From assembly GCA_029781865.1 (NCBI GenBank), contig JAKOVW010000093.1:4718-68717 (forward strand): a stretch of DNA of 64,000 nucleotides, read 5' to 3'. Made by a program: the position numbers and the translations under genes. Source of the DNA: Bacteroidota bacterium (GTDB taxonomy: Bacteria; Bacteroidota; Bacteroidia; Chitinophagales; Saprospiraceae). This document shows, piece by piece, positions 54,107 through 64,000 of this stretch. A model generated the notes under the pieces. That model saw only the letters and a program-made list of their open reading frames with translations. It made no database searches and was not told where the DNA came from. The first letter of the stretch is position 1, and each line of letters opens with the position of its first letter.

Positions 54107-54114
54107 TAACTTTG
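54107..54114 (+). promoter_or_regulatory. Bacteroidota-type -7 box TAACTTTG
   Basis: TAnnTTTG match ending 23 nt upstream of the ATG at 54138. It lies inside the longer track ORF, which argues for the downstream start. Confidence 0.45.
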
Positions 54115-54137
54115 TAACTCAATCCACACTCAAGACC

Positions 54138-57100
54138 ATGTCATTTGTTCACCTACATTGCCATACCCAGTTTTCACTATTAGACGGCGCAACTGATATT
54201 GCTTCCCTAATGAAAAAAGCCGCCGCTGATGGGCAAAAAGCCGTGGCACTGACAGATCATGGCAATATGTTTGGTTGCTTCAGTTTTGTAAAAGAAGCGA
54301 AAGCAAATGGGATTAAACCAATTCTGGGTTGTGAATTTTATCTCGTTCCCGACCGGCATAAGCACAGTTTTTTAAAAAGTGGTGGCGAGAAAGATGAACG
54401 CTATCATCAGCTCATTCTTGCCAAAAACCAAACCGGATATGAGAATCTTTCAAAACTTTGCTCACTGGGATTTATCGAAGGATTGTATGGAAAATTTCCA
54501 CGTATAGATAAAGAATTACTTCTCAAATATCATGAAGGTTTGATAGCGACGAGTTGTTGTGTTGGTGCTGAGTTGCCACAGACAATTATGAAAGGAGATA
54601 TTGCCGGAGCAGAAAATAAATTAAAATGGTGGCTGGATCTTTTTGGAGAAGATTATTACATCGAAATTCAAAGACACAGGGGATGTGATAACCTGGATGG
54701 CTCCGGTGTAAGCCAGGAAGATATTAATCAGGTTTTATTGGGTTTTGCAAAAAAATACAATGTCAAAGTTATTGTCACCAATGATGTTCATTATCTGGAA
54801 GAAGAAGATTTTGAACCACATGATGTGTTGCTTTGCATTAATACAAACTCCAATGTCGAAGAAACAGATCGTTTTAGTTTTCCCAGTTCTGACTTCTATT
54901 TCAAGACGACTGCAGAAATGCAAAAACATTTTGCTGATATTCCCTTCGCAGTTGAACAAACTGTGGAAATTGCTGAAAAGTGTTATACGCCAAATCTCGA
55001 ACGCGATGTTCTACTACCCAACTTTCCAATACCACCCAACTTTAAAAATCAAAATGAGTATTTGGATCACCTGGTTTATGAAGGTGCAAAGAAACGGTAT
55101 GGTCATATAGACGCCGTTTTGCAAAGCCGTCTCCAATTTGAACTTTCCGTAATTGAAAAAATGAAATTTGCAGGATATTTTCTGATTGTGCAGGATTTCA
55201 TTCGTGCGGCCAGAGAATTAGGCGTGAGTGTAGGTCCCGGAAGAGGAAGTGCTGCCGGATCTGCAGTGGCCTATTGTTTATCGATAACTGACATTGATCC
55301 CATTAAATACAATTTACTTTTTGAACGCTTTTTAAATCCGGAACGGATATCATGGCCCGATATTGATATTGACTTCGATGACAAAGGCCGTCAAAAAGTA
55401 ATTGATTACGTCGTACAAAAATATGGCAGAAATCAGGTCGCACAAATTGTGACTTTTGGTACCATGGCTGCTAAGTCTTCCATCCGCGATGTGGCGCGCG
55501 TAAAACAATTGGACCTCGCTACTTCAGATCGCTTGGCTAAAATGGTTCCGACTCGTCCGGGTGTCAATCTCAATTCCATATTGGATGAAAAGACTGCAAT
55601 CTCAGATGAGTTTACCTCAGATGAAAAAAAGAAAATACAGGATCTTCGGCAGGTTTTAAAATTTCCGGGACTGGAATCCGATGTGTTGCGAATGGCTATG
55701 AAACTGGAAGGTTCTGTCCGGAATACCGGTGTTCACGCAGCAGGAATCATCATTGCACCGGATGAAATCACCCGATTTTTACCCGTTTGCACTGCAAAAG
55801 ATACGGACCTGTTGGTCACCCAGATCGAAGGCAATGTCATTGAATACACGGGCTTGCTTAAAATGGATTTTCTGGGTTTAAGCACATTGACCATTATTGA
55901 CAATGCGATCCAAAATATTGTAAGACGCTTTGGTGAAGAGAAGAGAATTAATCTGCATGATATTCCACTCGATGATCCTCAAACGCTGGAGATATTTCAA
56001 AAAGGTCAGACCATCGGATTGTTCCAGTTTGAAAGTGAAGGCATGCGTTCTAACCTGCGAAATCTAAAACCATCCGGCATAGAAGATATCATTGCTATGA
56101 ATGCTTTGTTCAGACCCGGACCTATGGCGTTCATCGATGAATTTATTGCGCGTAAAAACAAAAAAGTAGCCGTTGAGTATCCACATCCCTGGTTGAAAGA
56201 TATTCTTGAACCCACATATGGTATTATGGTTTACCAGGAGCAAATCATGCAGGCAGCACAAATCATGGCTGATTATTCATTAGGTGAAGCGGATGTACTG
56301 CGCAGGGCAATGGGTAAAAAGAAAAAAGAAGAAATGGACAAGCAAAGTAGTTTGTTTGTTGAACGCGCCGGTAAAAAGGGAATTGAGGAAAAAAAGGCCA
56401 AAGATATTTTTGAAGTAATGGCCAAATTTGCGGCTTATGGTTTCAACAGGTCACACGCCGCGGCATATTCTGTACTTGCATTTCAAACTGCATATCTAAA
56501 AGCCCATTATCCCGCAGAGTTTATGGCTGCAGTACTCACTGCAAATAAAAACAACGTTACAGACCTGAGCATCTACCTGAATGAATGCCAGCAAATGAAA
56601 CTCACCGTTTTAGGTCCTGATATCAATGAATCCGAATTAGAGTTTACCGTAAATGCAAAAGGGCAGATCCGTTTTGGTTTGTCTGCCATGAAAGGAGTCG
56701 GCGAAGGACCCGTAACGGAAATTCTGAAGGAACGCGATGAACATGGAATGTTTACCGATTTCGTGGATATGATTAAGCGTTTGAATTCACGCACCTTTAA
56801 TAAAAAGGTTATCGAAAGTTGTGTATATGGTGGTGCTTTTGATTGCTTCCCAAATTTGCACAGAGCTCAGTATTTTGCTCCGGTTGATAAATATCCAAGT
56901 TATATTGAATGTATGATCCGTTGGGGCAATCAATATCAGCTATCCATGGAAAATCAACAGGCTTCTCTTTTCGGAGAAACCAATCAGGATGATATACAAG
57001 CTCCAAACGCCCCAGTTTGTGCACCCTGGAATAGCCTTGAAAAACTGGCTCATGAAGTTGAAATTGCGGGCATTTACCTGAGCGCTCATCCATTGGACGA

Positions 57101-57683
57101 TTACAAACTGGAATTAAAATATGCAGCAACGGTAAGCATCGATAAACTGGAAAAATTCAAAGAAGACGATATTTCAGGTGTTCGTCACAGATTATGCGGA
57201 ATCATTACCGATGTTCAGCACCGCACAAATCAAAAAGGAGAAGGCTTTGGAATTATCAAATTGCAGGATTATTTTGGAAGCATTACGATACGTTTATTTA
57301 AAGAACAATATCTGAATTACAAGGGTTTATTGAATAATGGCGTCGCCGTTATGGTGGAAGGGTCGTATGAAAAATCCAACTGGAAACAAAATGAAGATGA
57401 ATGGGTATTCCGCGTAACCAATATGATTTTGTTATCTTCCGCATTGGAACATATTGCAAAGAAATTTACCGTCTATGTGCGACTGGATTCGATAAATGAT
57501 GCGCTGATTCAAAAATTTGATAACCTGGTCAAAAAGAACAAAGGGCCACTCTTATTGAAATTACAACTGGTTGATATTGCCAACGAACAACAACTCGCAA
57601 TGCTATCTGCCAAAAAAGTAAACGTTAGCAGCGAACTTCTGCACGAACTGGAAGAACTCGGATTAAATTATAAACTCAATTAA
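54138..57683 (+). CDS. dnaE: DNA polymerase III alpha subunit
   Basis: The PHP domain starts at MSFVHLHCHTQFSLLDG. Polymerase core blocks include GPGRGSAAGS, PDIDIDF and FNRSHAAAY. The track ORF begins 20 codons earlier (54078). Confidence 0.95.
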   Translation: MSFVHLHCHTQFSLLDGATDIASLMKKAAADGQKAVALTDHGNMFGCFSFVKEAKANGIKPILGCEFYLVPDRHKHSFLKSGGEKDERYHQLILAKNQTGYENLSKLCSLGFIEGLYGKFPRIDKELLLKYHEGLIATSCCVGAELPQTIMKGDIAGAENKLKWWLDLFGEDYYIEIQRHRGCDNLDGSGVSQEDINQVLLGFAKKYNVKVIVTNDVHYLEEEDFEPHDVLLCINTNSNVEETDRFSFPSSDFYFKTTAEMQKHFADIPFAVEQTVEIAEKCYTPNLERDVLLPNFPIPPNFKNQNEYLDHLVYEGAKKRYGHIDAVLQSRLQFELSVIEKMKFAGYFLIVQDFIRAARELGVSVGPGRGSAAGSAVAYCLSITDIDPIKYNLLFERFLNPERISWPDIDIDFDDKGRQKVIDYVVQKYGRNQVAQIVTFGTMAAKSSIRDVARVKQLDLATSDRLAKMVPTRPGVNLNSILDEKTAISDEFTSDEKKKIQDLRQVLKFPGLESDVLRMAMKLEGSVRNTGVHAAGIIIAPDEITRFLPVCTAKDTDLLVTQIEGNVIEYTGLLKMDFLGLSTLTIIDNAIQNIVRRFGEEKRINLHDIPLDDPQTLEIFQKGQTIGLFQFESEGMRSNLRNLKPSGIEDIIAMNALFRPGPMAFIDEFIARKNKKVAVEYPHPWLKDILEPTYGIMVYQEQIMQAAQIMADYSLGEADVLRRAMGKKKKEEMDKQSSLFVERAGKKGIEEKKAKDIFEVMAKFAAYGFNRSHAAAYSVLAFQTAYLKAHYPAEFMAAVLTANKNNVTDLSIYLNECQQMKLTVLGPDINESELEFTVNAKGQIRFGLSAMKGVGEGPVTEILKERDEHGMFTDFVDMIKRLNSRTFNKKVIESCVYGGAFDCFPNLHRAQYFAPVDKYPSYIECMIRWGNQYQLSMENQQASLFGETNQDDIQAPNAPVCAPWNSLEKLAHEVEIAGIYLSAHPLDDYKLELKYAATVSIDKLEKFKEDDISGVRHRLCGIITDVQHRTNQKGEGFGIIKLQDYFGSITIRLFKEQYLNYKGLLNNGVAVMVEGSYEKSNWKQNEDEWVFRVTNMILLSSALEHIAKKFTVYVRLDSINDALIQKFDNLVKKNKGPLLLKLQLVDIANEQQLAMLSAKKVNVSSELLHELEELGLNYKLN

Positions 57684-57693
57684 ATGAGTTCAG

Positions 57694-58662
57694 ATGAAAT
57701 TTAAAATTACCTTACTGTTACAATTTGTTTTCTTAGCCTGTATAATGTCACAGGAATTGGACGAGCTGACAACGGACAAAGAAGTCATGATTTTTGTGAA
57801 AAAGGAATTTGACCAATTAAAAAGCTTTACACTTGGAATAAAATGTCCAGAAGACGAAAACCAATTTTATCTGGATTCATTGGAATACTCTCCCTGGTAT
57901 GTAGGTGATTTCAACAATGATAAAATTCCGGATCTGTTTATCACCGGTCAGGAAAAGAAAGACCAGGCTCATTATTTAATCCTGGGAAAAGATGTGCTGG
58001 ATGAAGAATCGAAATTTAATTTAATATCGGTCTTCCCTCCAAAAAACAAAGGCAATTTACAAATTCCATTTATTGAAGAAACGAAATCCGGATTGATGAT
58101 CATTTTCAGACAATTCGAAACCAAAGTTCGCACAGAAACCCGCAATGGTCAGGAAGTAAGAGTTCCTCGAACCTACCAGGATTACTACAAAATGGGATTG
58201 ATAAAGAAAGATACCCTGATTTACAAATTCGGCGGAATTGTTGAATTTAATCCCAAACCCGTTTTTAAAGACATCCGTTTTATACAACTCCATTCGTTTT
58301 GTCAATATGGAGTCTGTCCTGATTACCGGATGAAAATTGACAGCGCCCGGAATCTGATCCTATCTAATATCAAAGGCACCGATCAGCAAATTGGCAAGTA
58401 TGCAGCAATTTGTGATGAGAAATTGTTTAAGCAAATATTTGAACTCGCCAATTATTTAAAATTTAATAAATCAAGTCAAAAATTCGGAGAAGACAGTGCA
58501 GATCATGCGATCACTATGATCATCACCTACCAGGACAACTCAGCAGTCACCTGGTATGATTATGAGCAGGGACCAACTCTGGCGATGAGTAAATTATATG
58601 ATCTGCTTTATGAAGTGAAAACCACTGCCGCCTGGGAGTTTAAAGAAACAGATCCGGATTAA
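57694..58662 (+). CDS. Hypothetical secreted protein
   Basis: Signal peptide and one FG-GAP-like segment (GDFNNDKIPDLFITG); otherwise unrecognised. Lies 10 nt after dnaE. Confidence 0.5.
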   Translation: MKFKITLLLQFVFLACIMSQELDELTTDKEVMIFVKKEFDQLKSFTLGIKCPEDENQFYLDSLEYSPWYVGDFNNDKIPDLFITGQEKKDQAHYLILGKDVLDEESKFNLISVFPPKNKGNLQIPFIEETKSGLMIIFRQFETKVRTETRNGQEVRVPRTYQDYYKMGLIKKDTLIYKFGGIVEFNPKPVFKDIRFIQLHSFCQYGVCPDYRMKIDSARNLILSNIKGTDQQIGKYAAICDEKLFKQIFELANYLKFNKSSQKFGEDSADHAITMIITYQDNSAVTWYDYEQGPTLAMSKLYDLLYEVKTTAAWEFKETDPD

Positions 58663-58785
58663 GAGATAACAATAGTTGCAAATCCGGTTCAACCTTAATT
58701 TAACAAAGCTCAATGGATTCAACCAGAAACATAAAAACCGGCAATAGCTAATGTGCAGAATTATGATAATTTGAAATTCACTACA

Positions 58786-58807
58786 ACCTAAAAACCTAAA
58801 ACCTAAA
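58786..58807. repeat. Short tandem repeat ACCTAAA (A)ACCTAAA ACCTAAA
   Basis: Read directly in a convergent intergenic region. Its reverse complement TTTAGGT resembles the GGTTAGG-type units at 21834-21889. Confidence 0.7.
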
Positions 58808-58831
58808 CACCTTCTTTCCTACACTCCTTCC

Positions 58832-60244
58832 TCACTTCTTCTTTCTCCGTTCCTGGTCCTGATTGATAATAAATGCGATTTGTTCCGGATGAAGATTCTT
58901 TCCAATGATTTTACGCTCTTTATTCAGCACATAAATTTCAGGAGTGATATCTACAAAATACTTGGCGTAAATACTTTTGTTCGTAGGGTCAAACACATTG
59001 ATCCAGGATTCAGTATGATATTTTGCTACAAATTCTCTCCATTTTTGTTCGGTTGAATTCAATACGATTGCAAAAACCTCTACGCTTTTCGGTTTCCATT
59101 CTTTATAAAATTGCAGCAACTCAGGTGTTTCTTTCTGACAATGATCACAATCTGGATCATACATGAATACGATGATGTAATCTTCTTTAAGTTCATATAT
59201 CGATCTTGTTTTACCATATAAATCCGTTGAAACGACGTCAGGCCCCTGCGCATTTACCAGGCTGCTTTTCATTTCATATACTTTCTTCTTCACTGCCGCA
59301 AGATCCTGATCCGTCATCCAGTAAGCCAGCTCTTTGGTAAAGTACTTATCGAGTACATGCACCATAACCGCTTCTCCATCCATTACTTTAGTCACCGTAG
59401 GTTGATAGGTAAGGGCAATCCAATTGCTTACAAACTGAAATATTTCTTTATTCGCCAGAGACTTGTCGATGACAATGTCTGCTTGTCTGATAATAGAATC
59501 CGGCTGTTGTGCGGTCATCTCCGTGATAAACTTTTTAAGCTTATTGGCTATTACCGGTGTTCGCAATAAACGCACATCCGTAAAATCGACATTATCCCAA
59601 AATGCATCCCGGAACAATTGAAATTGTTTTTCCTTGTCTAATTCTCCATTTGGTTTTTTAACATCAACCAGCTCCGGGTTTTGTCCTGCTGTTTTAAATT
59701 TGGTAAAAAAGGAATTGGGATATTTCTTCTGAAAATACTCCAACTGTTTCTTTTTATCGGATTGTATCCTTTTCAGTTGCTTCTCTACTTCTTCAACCTT
59801 CGCTTTATCCGGATTGGCGGCATTCTTAATGACATTTAATGAATCCACTTCCCGGTCGATCCCTATCTGAAATTTTAATGACTCATATAAAAGCGTATTA
59901 TCAATAGAGGATTCCACTTTCATGTTTCCGATTAAATCAGATTTCTTCGTATCCATGCTAAAATGCTGTTCCTGATCAATAATCATATGAAAGTTTCCAT
60001 TGTCAGGCATTATCGTATAATAATAACCTGCCTTCAAAGGACTTTTTCGTTTAAATTCAAATCGTCCGGTTGAATCAATTTTGGCCGAGTCCTCCAAAAA
60101 ATTGCGATCACCATAAATGCTGATCAGTTTGGCTGTGCCTCCTTTATAGCCTGCGGCGTGTATCCTGATGTAACAGCTATCCTCCTGAGCGCTTAATGTT
60201 TTCAAAGAAAACAGAATAACCAGAATAATCAGATTCTTCATCAT
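58832..60244 (-). CDS. Exported thioredoxin-fold protein (TlpA/AhpC-TSA-like C-terminal domain, large N-terminal domain)
   Basis: Signal peptide and a C-terminal thioredoxin fold with YDPDCDHCQKE (CxxC). Confidence 0.7.
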   Translation of the reverse strand: MMKNLIILVILFSLKTLSAQEDSCYIRIHAAGYKGGTAKLISIYGDRNFLEDSAKIDSTGRFEFKRKSPLKAGYYYTIMPDNGNFHMIIDQEQHFSMDTKKSDLIGNMKVESSIDNTLLYESLKFQIGIDREVDSLNVIKNAANPDKAKVEEVEKQLKRIQSDKKKQLEYFQKKYPNSFFTKFKTAGQNPELVDVKKPNGELDKEKQFQLFRDAFWDNVDFTDVRLLRTPVIANKLKKFITEMTAQQPDSIIRQADIVIDKSLANKEIFQFVSNWIALTYQPTVTKVMDGEAVMVHVLDKYFTKELAYWMTDQDLAAVKKKVYEMKSSLVNAQGPDVVSTDLYGKTRSIYELKEDYIIVFMYDPDCDHCQKETPELLQFYKEWKPKSVEVFAIVLNSTEQKWREFVAKYHTESWINVFDPTNKSIYAKYFVDITPEIYVLNKERKIIGKNLHPEQIAFIINQDQERRKKK

Positions 60245-60739
60245 TTTAGATCAATGCTTTATTGAGATGGAAAAATATAAAGATTATTCGTAATCTGTGT
60301 ATCCGAACTGAATTCTTAACGATGTGTTAGATAAAATTTTGTCTTTTTTAAATTTTTATGTTAAATATTCTGCAAAATTTTTTGGCTCAAAGCCATTGGG
60401 TTGTCGAATTTCTGGAATTGCAGTCTCTGTTTTTTATGGTTAAAATTCAATGGACAGATCAATTGGGACTTTCTGGTATTTTGATATAGTATCCATCCTG
60501 AAAAGGAAATAGATTGTTTGAAACAAAAAAACTTTAATATGCTGATACAAATGGCAAGCATTGTAATTAGTAATAGCATTGCCGCTTCTGAAATTCGTAT
60601 CCAAATGGTCTCCCAAAAATTTATCCCATGACGCAGGCTCCGTCCCAAAGAACGATTGGAAAGGTACAGTTTAGCCTGCGTCCGATTGGGATAAATAATA
60701 ATCAAATGAAAAACTTGAACAACAATAAGTTGCTTCAGT

Positions 60740-63700
60740 CTAATTTTTTAACTGTTTTATTCTATAAACCCTATATACAATCACCGGAAAAAGAATTAAT
60801 GTTAGTAAAGTAGCACTCAGCAATCCTCCGACAATTACAATAGCCAATGGCTTTTGAGTCTCGGAACCAATTCCTGTAGATATGGCTGCAGGTAATAATC
60901 CAAATATAGCCATCAGGGCCGTCATGACTATGGGTCGCACACGGCTTATGGCTCCTGTTTTTATCGCTTCTTCCAATGGCAAATTCTTATCGATGTTTTG
61001 CTTAATTACCGAAATAATGATCACGCCGTTTTGAATACAAATGCCAAATAAGGCAATAAACCCAATTCCACCTGCAATATTAAAATTCGTTCCGGTAAGC
61101 AGTAATGCAATGATCCCACCAACAATTGCAAACGGAACATTGAGGAGAACCAATAACACATCCCTTACTTTCCGGAATAAGATCAGCAATATGATAAAAA
61201 TTATCATTAGACTAATCGGGACCACAATCGATAATTTGGTCATAGCCCTGATTTCACTTTCATATTCGCCGCTGAACTGAATGGTATAGCCTTTAGGTAA
61301 ATTAATTTTTTCGCTCAATAAATTTTGAGCTTCAGACACTGTACTACCTAAGTCACGACCACGCACAGCAAATTGCACTGCCGAAAATAATCTGTTATTA
61401 TCCCTGTAGATAAACGCAGGACCACTTTTTAATTGAATGTCAGCTATTTCCTTCAAAGGTATTTTTAAACCGCTGGAACAAGGAATCATGAGATTGCCAA
61501 TATCCGTTTCGTTTTTTCGATAAGTGGATTGATATCTTACTCTGATATCAAATTTTTTCTCCCCTTCATACAACTGAGATGCAGCCTTTCCGCCAATTGC
61601 CAGTTCTATCATAGCATTTGCCTCTGCTGCGGAAATTCCATACAAACCCATTTTCTTTCGGTCGAGTTTGATTTGCAATTCCGGCTGACCCAGATTTTTT
61701 ACAATACCAACATCCTCCATACCGGGAACCGATTTCAAAAGGCGGTCAACTTCTTTACTGATTCTGGAAATAGTATCCAGATTCTCCCCGAATACTTTAA
61801 CTGCCTGGTTTACATTGATACCTGCAACAGCTTCATTGACATTGTCGATAATAGGCTGAGAGAAACTCCAAATTGTTCCGAGATATTTTGAGTCCAAAAC
61901 CCTGGACATTTTATCAATCAATTCATCTTTAGTTAAACCCGATTTCCATTGTTCTTTAGGGTATAAATCAACAAGGCATTCAATAGAAAAGAATCCCTTT
62001 GGATCTGTACCATCATCCGGTCTTCCTACCTGAGAGACTACTTCCCGTACTTCCGGAAATCGCAGCAAATCATTTCTCATGCTATCCGATAGTGCCTTTG
62101 CCTGAGGCAATGAAATACTCATAGGTGCATCTCCTTCTACCCAAAGAGATCCTTCATCCAAATGAGGAATAAATTCAGATCCTAAAAATTTGGAAGATGC
62201 AAATGCGCCGACTACGATGGCCAATCCAATTACAAGACTTAGCTTTTTGTTACGCATAACCCAATCAAATATCTTTTCATAATACTTGATCATTCCTTCC
62301 ACCAGCGGATTGTGTTTTTCCTTGATGTTTTTATTGAATAAACGATGGGATAATGCAGGCACCATGGTCAGTGTGAAAAACAATGCGCCTAATAACGCAA
62401 AGCCAAGTGTATACGCCAAAGGAGAAAACAACTTACCTTCAACTTTTTCGAAAGAAAATATCGGTATAAGTGCTGCAATGATAATCATCTTGGAAAAGAA
62501 AATGGCCTTTCCCATATCCACCCCGGTTTTACGGATCAAACTCATTTTGGCTACCTTGTTGAATTTTTCCATACCCATTTCAGCGGCATGATATCCAAGC
62601 GCAACAAAGACTCCTTCGACCATAACGACAGCGCCATCAATCAGGATCCCAAAGTCAATCGCACCAATCGAAATCAGGTTGGCAAACATTCCTTTCATGT
62701 AAAGCAACATAAAAGCAAAAAGCAGAGATAGCGGAATAATCAATGAAACAATTAACGTCGCTCTCCAGTCATTCATAAAAAGAAAGACGATAAGCGTAAC
62801 AAGTAATATCCCTTCAAGCACATTGTGAAAAACAGTATGAAGACAAAAATCAATCAAATTTTTTCTATCATAAAATGTACGGATTTCTACTCCTGCCGGA
62901 AGTATTTTGTCATGCAATTCAATCACTTTTTCCTCTAAAGCTTTCAACACAGGTGCAGGATCTATATTTTTACGCATCAGCACAATTCCCTCCACCACAT
63001 CTTGTTCGTGACCTCTTGATACGATACCCAGTCTAGGATTAAAGGATTCAAATACATCTCCAATGTTCTTTACTAAAACGGGAACCCCATTGATATTCTT
63101 GACAATAATATTTCTAATATCCTCAATATCCGTTAATAAACCCAATCCTCTAACTACAAAGGCTTGTGACGATTTCTCGATCACATCCCCACCTACATTT
63201 ACATTGCTCTTGGAAATGGCTTCATAAACATCGAGGGCAGTGAGATTATACTGAATCAGTAAATTTGGATTCACACTGACTTCAAAGGTCTTCACCGGAC
63301 CCCCAAAGGTTACCACATCAGCAACTCCTGGTACCGTTCTGAGATTTCTATCAATAACCCAATCTTGTATGGTGCGCAATTCAGCCGGAGTGTGATGATC
63401 CGAGTGCAAGGTATATCTGAAAATTTCATCCGTTGGTCCGGTAGGCGGAGTGAGTTCAGCGACTGCACCTTCCGGTAATTCTACTCCGGAAAGTAATGCA
63501 GTAATTTGCTGTCTCGCATATGAATCGTCCACATCATCCTCAAAGTTTAATGTAATGACAGAAAGCCCAAACATGGATTGCGAACGAAGGTTGATTTTTC
63601 TTTGTACCCCATTCATTGCAATCTCTATTGGAATGGTAACAAACCGTTCCACTTCCTGTGCACTTCTTCCCGGCCACCGTGTGATAATTCTGATTTGGGT

Positions 63701-63841
63701 GTTTGTAAAATCCGGGAATGCAACAATTGGCGTTTTTACAAAACAATAGATTCCGGCCACTGCCAGCAAGGCTGTCATAAAAAAGGTAAATAATTTATGA
63801 CGTAGCGAAAACGAAATTATATTTTTTACAAGTTGATCCAT
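60740..63841 (-). CDS. RND efflux permease, CusA/CzcA heavy-metal-efflux family
   Basis: 1033 aa with 12 TM helices and two large periplasmic loops. The N-terminus (IISFSLRHKLFTFFMTALLAVAGIYCF..PIVAFPDFTNTQIRIIT.WPGRSAQEVE) is typical of HME-RND pumps. Confidence 0.85.
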   Translation of the reverse strand: MDQLVKNIISFSLRHKLFTFFMTALLAVAGIYCFVKTPIVAFPDFTNTQIRIITRWPGRSAQEVERFVTIPIEIAMNGVQRKINLRSQSMFGLSVITLNFEDDVDDSYARQQITALLSGVELPEGAVAELTPPTGPTDEIFRYTLHSDHHTPAELRTIQDWVIDRNLRTVPGVADVVTFGGPVKTFEVSVNPNLLIQYNLTALDVYEAISKSNVNVGGDVIEKSSQAFVVRGLGLLTDIEDIRNIIVKNINGVPVLVKNIGDVFESFNPRLGIVSRGHEQDVVEGIVLMRKNIDPAPVLKALEEKVIELHDKILPAGVEIRTFYDRKNLIDFCLHTVFHNVLEGILLVTLIVFLFMNDWRATLIVSLIIPLSLLFAFMLLYMKGMFANLISIGAIDFGILIDGAVVMVEGVFVALGYHAAEMGMEKFNKVAKMSLIRKTGVDMGKAIFFSKMIIIAALIPIFSFEKVEGKLFSPLAYTLGFALLGALFFTLTMVPALSHRLFNKNIKEKHNPLVEGMIKYYEKIFDWVMRNKKLSLVIGLAIVVGAFASSKFLGSEFIPHLDEGSLWVEGDAPMSISLPQAKALSDSMRNDLLRFPEVREVVSQVGRPDDGTDPKGFFSIECLVDLYPKEQWKSGLTKDELIDKMSRVLDSKYLGTIWSFSQPIIDNVNEAVAGINVNQAVKVFGENLDTISRISKEVDRLLKSVPGMEDVGIVKNLGQPELQIKLDRKKMGLYGISAAEANAMIELAIGGKAASQLYEGEKKFDIRVRYQSTYRKNETDIGNLMIPCSSGLKIPLKEIADIQLKSGPAFIYRDNNRLFSAVQFAVRGRDLGSTVSEAQNLLSEKINLPKGYTIQFSGEYESEIRAMTKLSIVVPISLMIIFIILLILFRKVRDVLLVLLNVPFAIVGGIIALLLTGTNFNIAGGIGFIALFGICIQNGVIIISVIKQNIDKNLPLEEAIKTGAISRVRPIVMTALMAIFGLLPAAISTGIGSETQKPLAIVIVGGLLSATLLTLILFPVIVYRVYRIKQLKN

Positions 63842-63871
63842 TCTGATTTTAACTTCGACTTCATCTGATAA

Positions 63872-64000
63872 TTATCTTTTTCTCAATGCAGTGAACACAA
63901 AAAGATTGTTGGCATTGACAACCAGATCTCCGCTATTTAATCCATCAGATTGAATATAACTCATGTCTCGAAATGACTTTATCACTTTTACTTCTTTCAA
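63872..64000 (-). CDS. RND efflux periplasmic adaptor (MFP), C-terminal 42 codons only
   Basis: Manual minus-strand translation from the window edge gives LKEVKVIKSFRDMSYIQSDGLNSGDLVVNANNLFVFTALRKR*. The stop is 30 nt upstream of the RND pump start, the usual adaptor-pump order. Confidence 0.55.
   Translation of the reverse strand: MKEVKVIKSFRDMSYIQSDGLNSGDLVVNANNLFVFTALRKR

Noticed and set aside
54078-54137. Upstream extension of dnaE (MESKNARFLVNFVTQSTLKT)
   Set aside because: The extension contains a TAACTTTG -7 box at 54107-54114, and the PHP domain begins right at Met21 (MSFVHLHCH). The downstream start at 54138 is preferred.
60361-60705. 114-aa minus-strand ORF downstream of the RND pump
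   Set aside because: It has odd composition, a single hydrophobic stretch, no motif and an overlapping opposite-strand ORF of similar quality. The evidence is insufficient to call a gene.

Overview
AT-rich chromosomal segment that looks like Bacteroidota. Supporting signs are a T9SS C-terminal sorting domain on a secreted protease, TAnnTTTG -7 promoter boxes, class II HMG-CoA reductase plus IDI-2, and a Sec-type clade II nosZ. All functional calls come from reading the supplied translations and motifs by eye; no BLAST or HMM search was run. About 55 credible CDSs are present. I recognised no rRNA, tRNA, CRISPR array, transposase or integrase. Most genes are housekeeping: gcvP, dnaE, rsgA, hflX, fabG, anmK, hldD, phoH, bfr, SulP, peptidases and thioredoxin-fold proteins. 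Four regions stand out. (1) 42.3-51.6 kb holds two divergent operons around a 917-bp ORF-free spacer. One encodes a sphingomyelin-synthase-like PAP2 enzyme, a serine-palmitoyltransferase-like alpha-oxoamine synthase, a large GNAT N-acyltransferase, a CPBP intramembrane protease and an SDR reductase. The other encodes a CobD/HisC-like PLP enzyme, a CDP-alcohol phosphatidyltransferase, a LicC-like nucleotidyltransferase and a membrane protein. I read this as a sphingophospholipid island with an uncharacterised head-group activation route, and it is my best candidate for a new system. (2) 30.5-39.6 kb holds a compact clade II nitrous-oxide reductase cluster: cytochrome c, nosZ, a fasciclin gene, an internal terminator, a membrane-domain::nosL fusion, then nosD, nosF and nosY. 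It is flanked by a divergent Fe-S-type Rrf2 regulator, a TauE/SafE exporter and a PspE-like exported rhodanese. (3) 5.65-6.14 kb holds an antitoxin plus a RelE/ParE toxin whose reading frame carries an in-frame TAG. (4) Heptanucleotide tandem repeats (AGTAGTT, TAGTAAT, RRGRGTT, GATGAGT, ACCTAAA) and a palindromic repeat cluster occur in at least six intergenic regions; one array overruns a gene's last codons.
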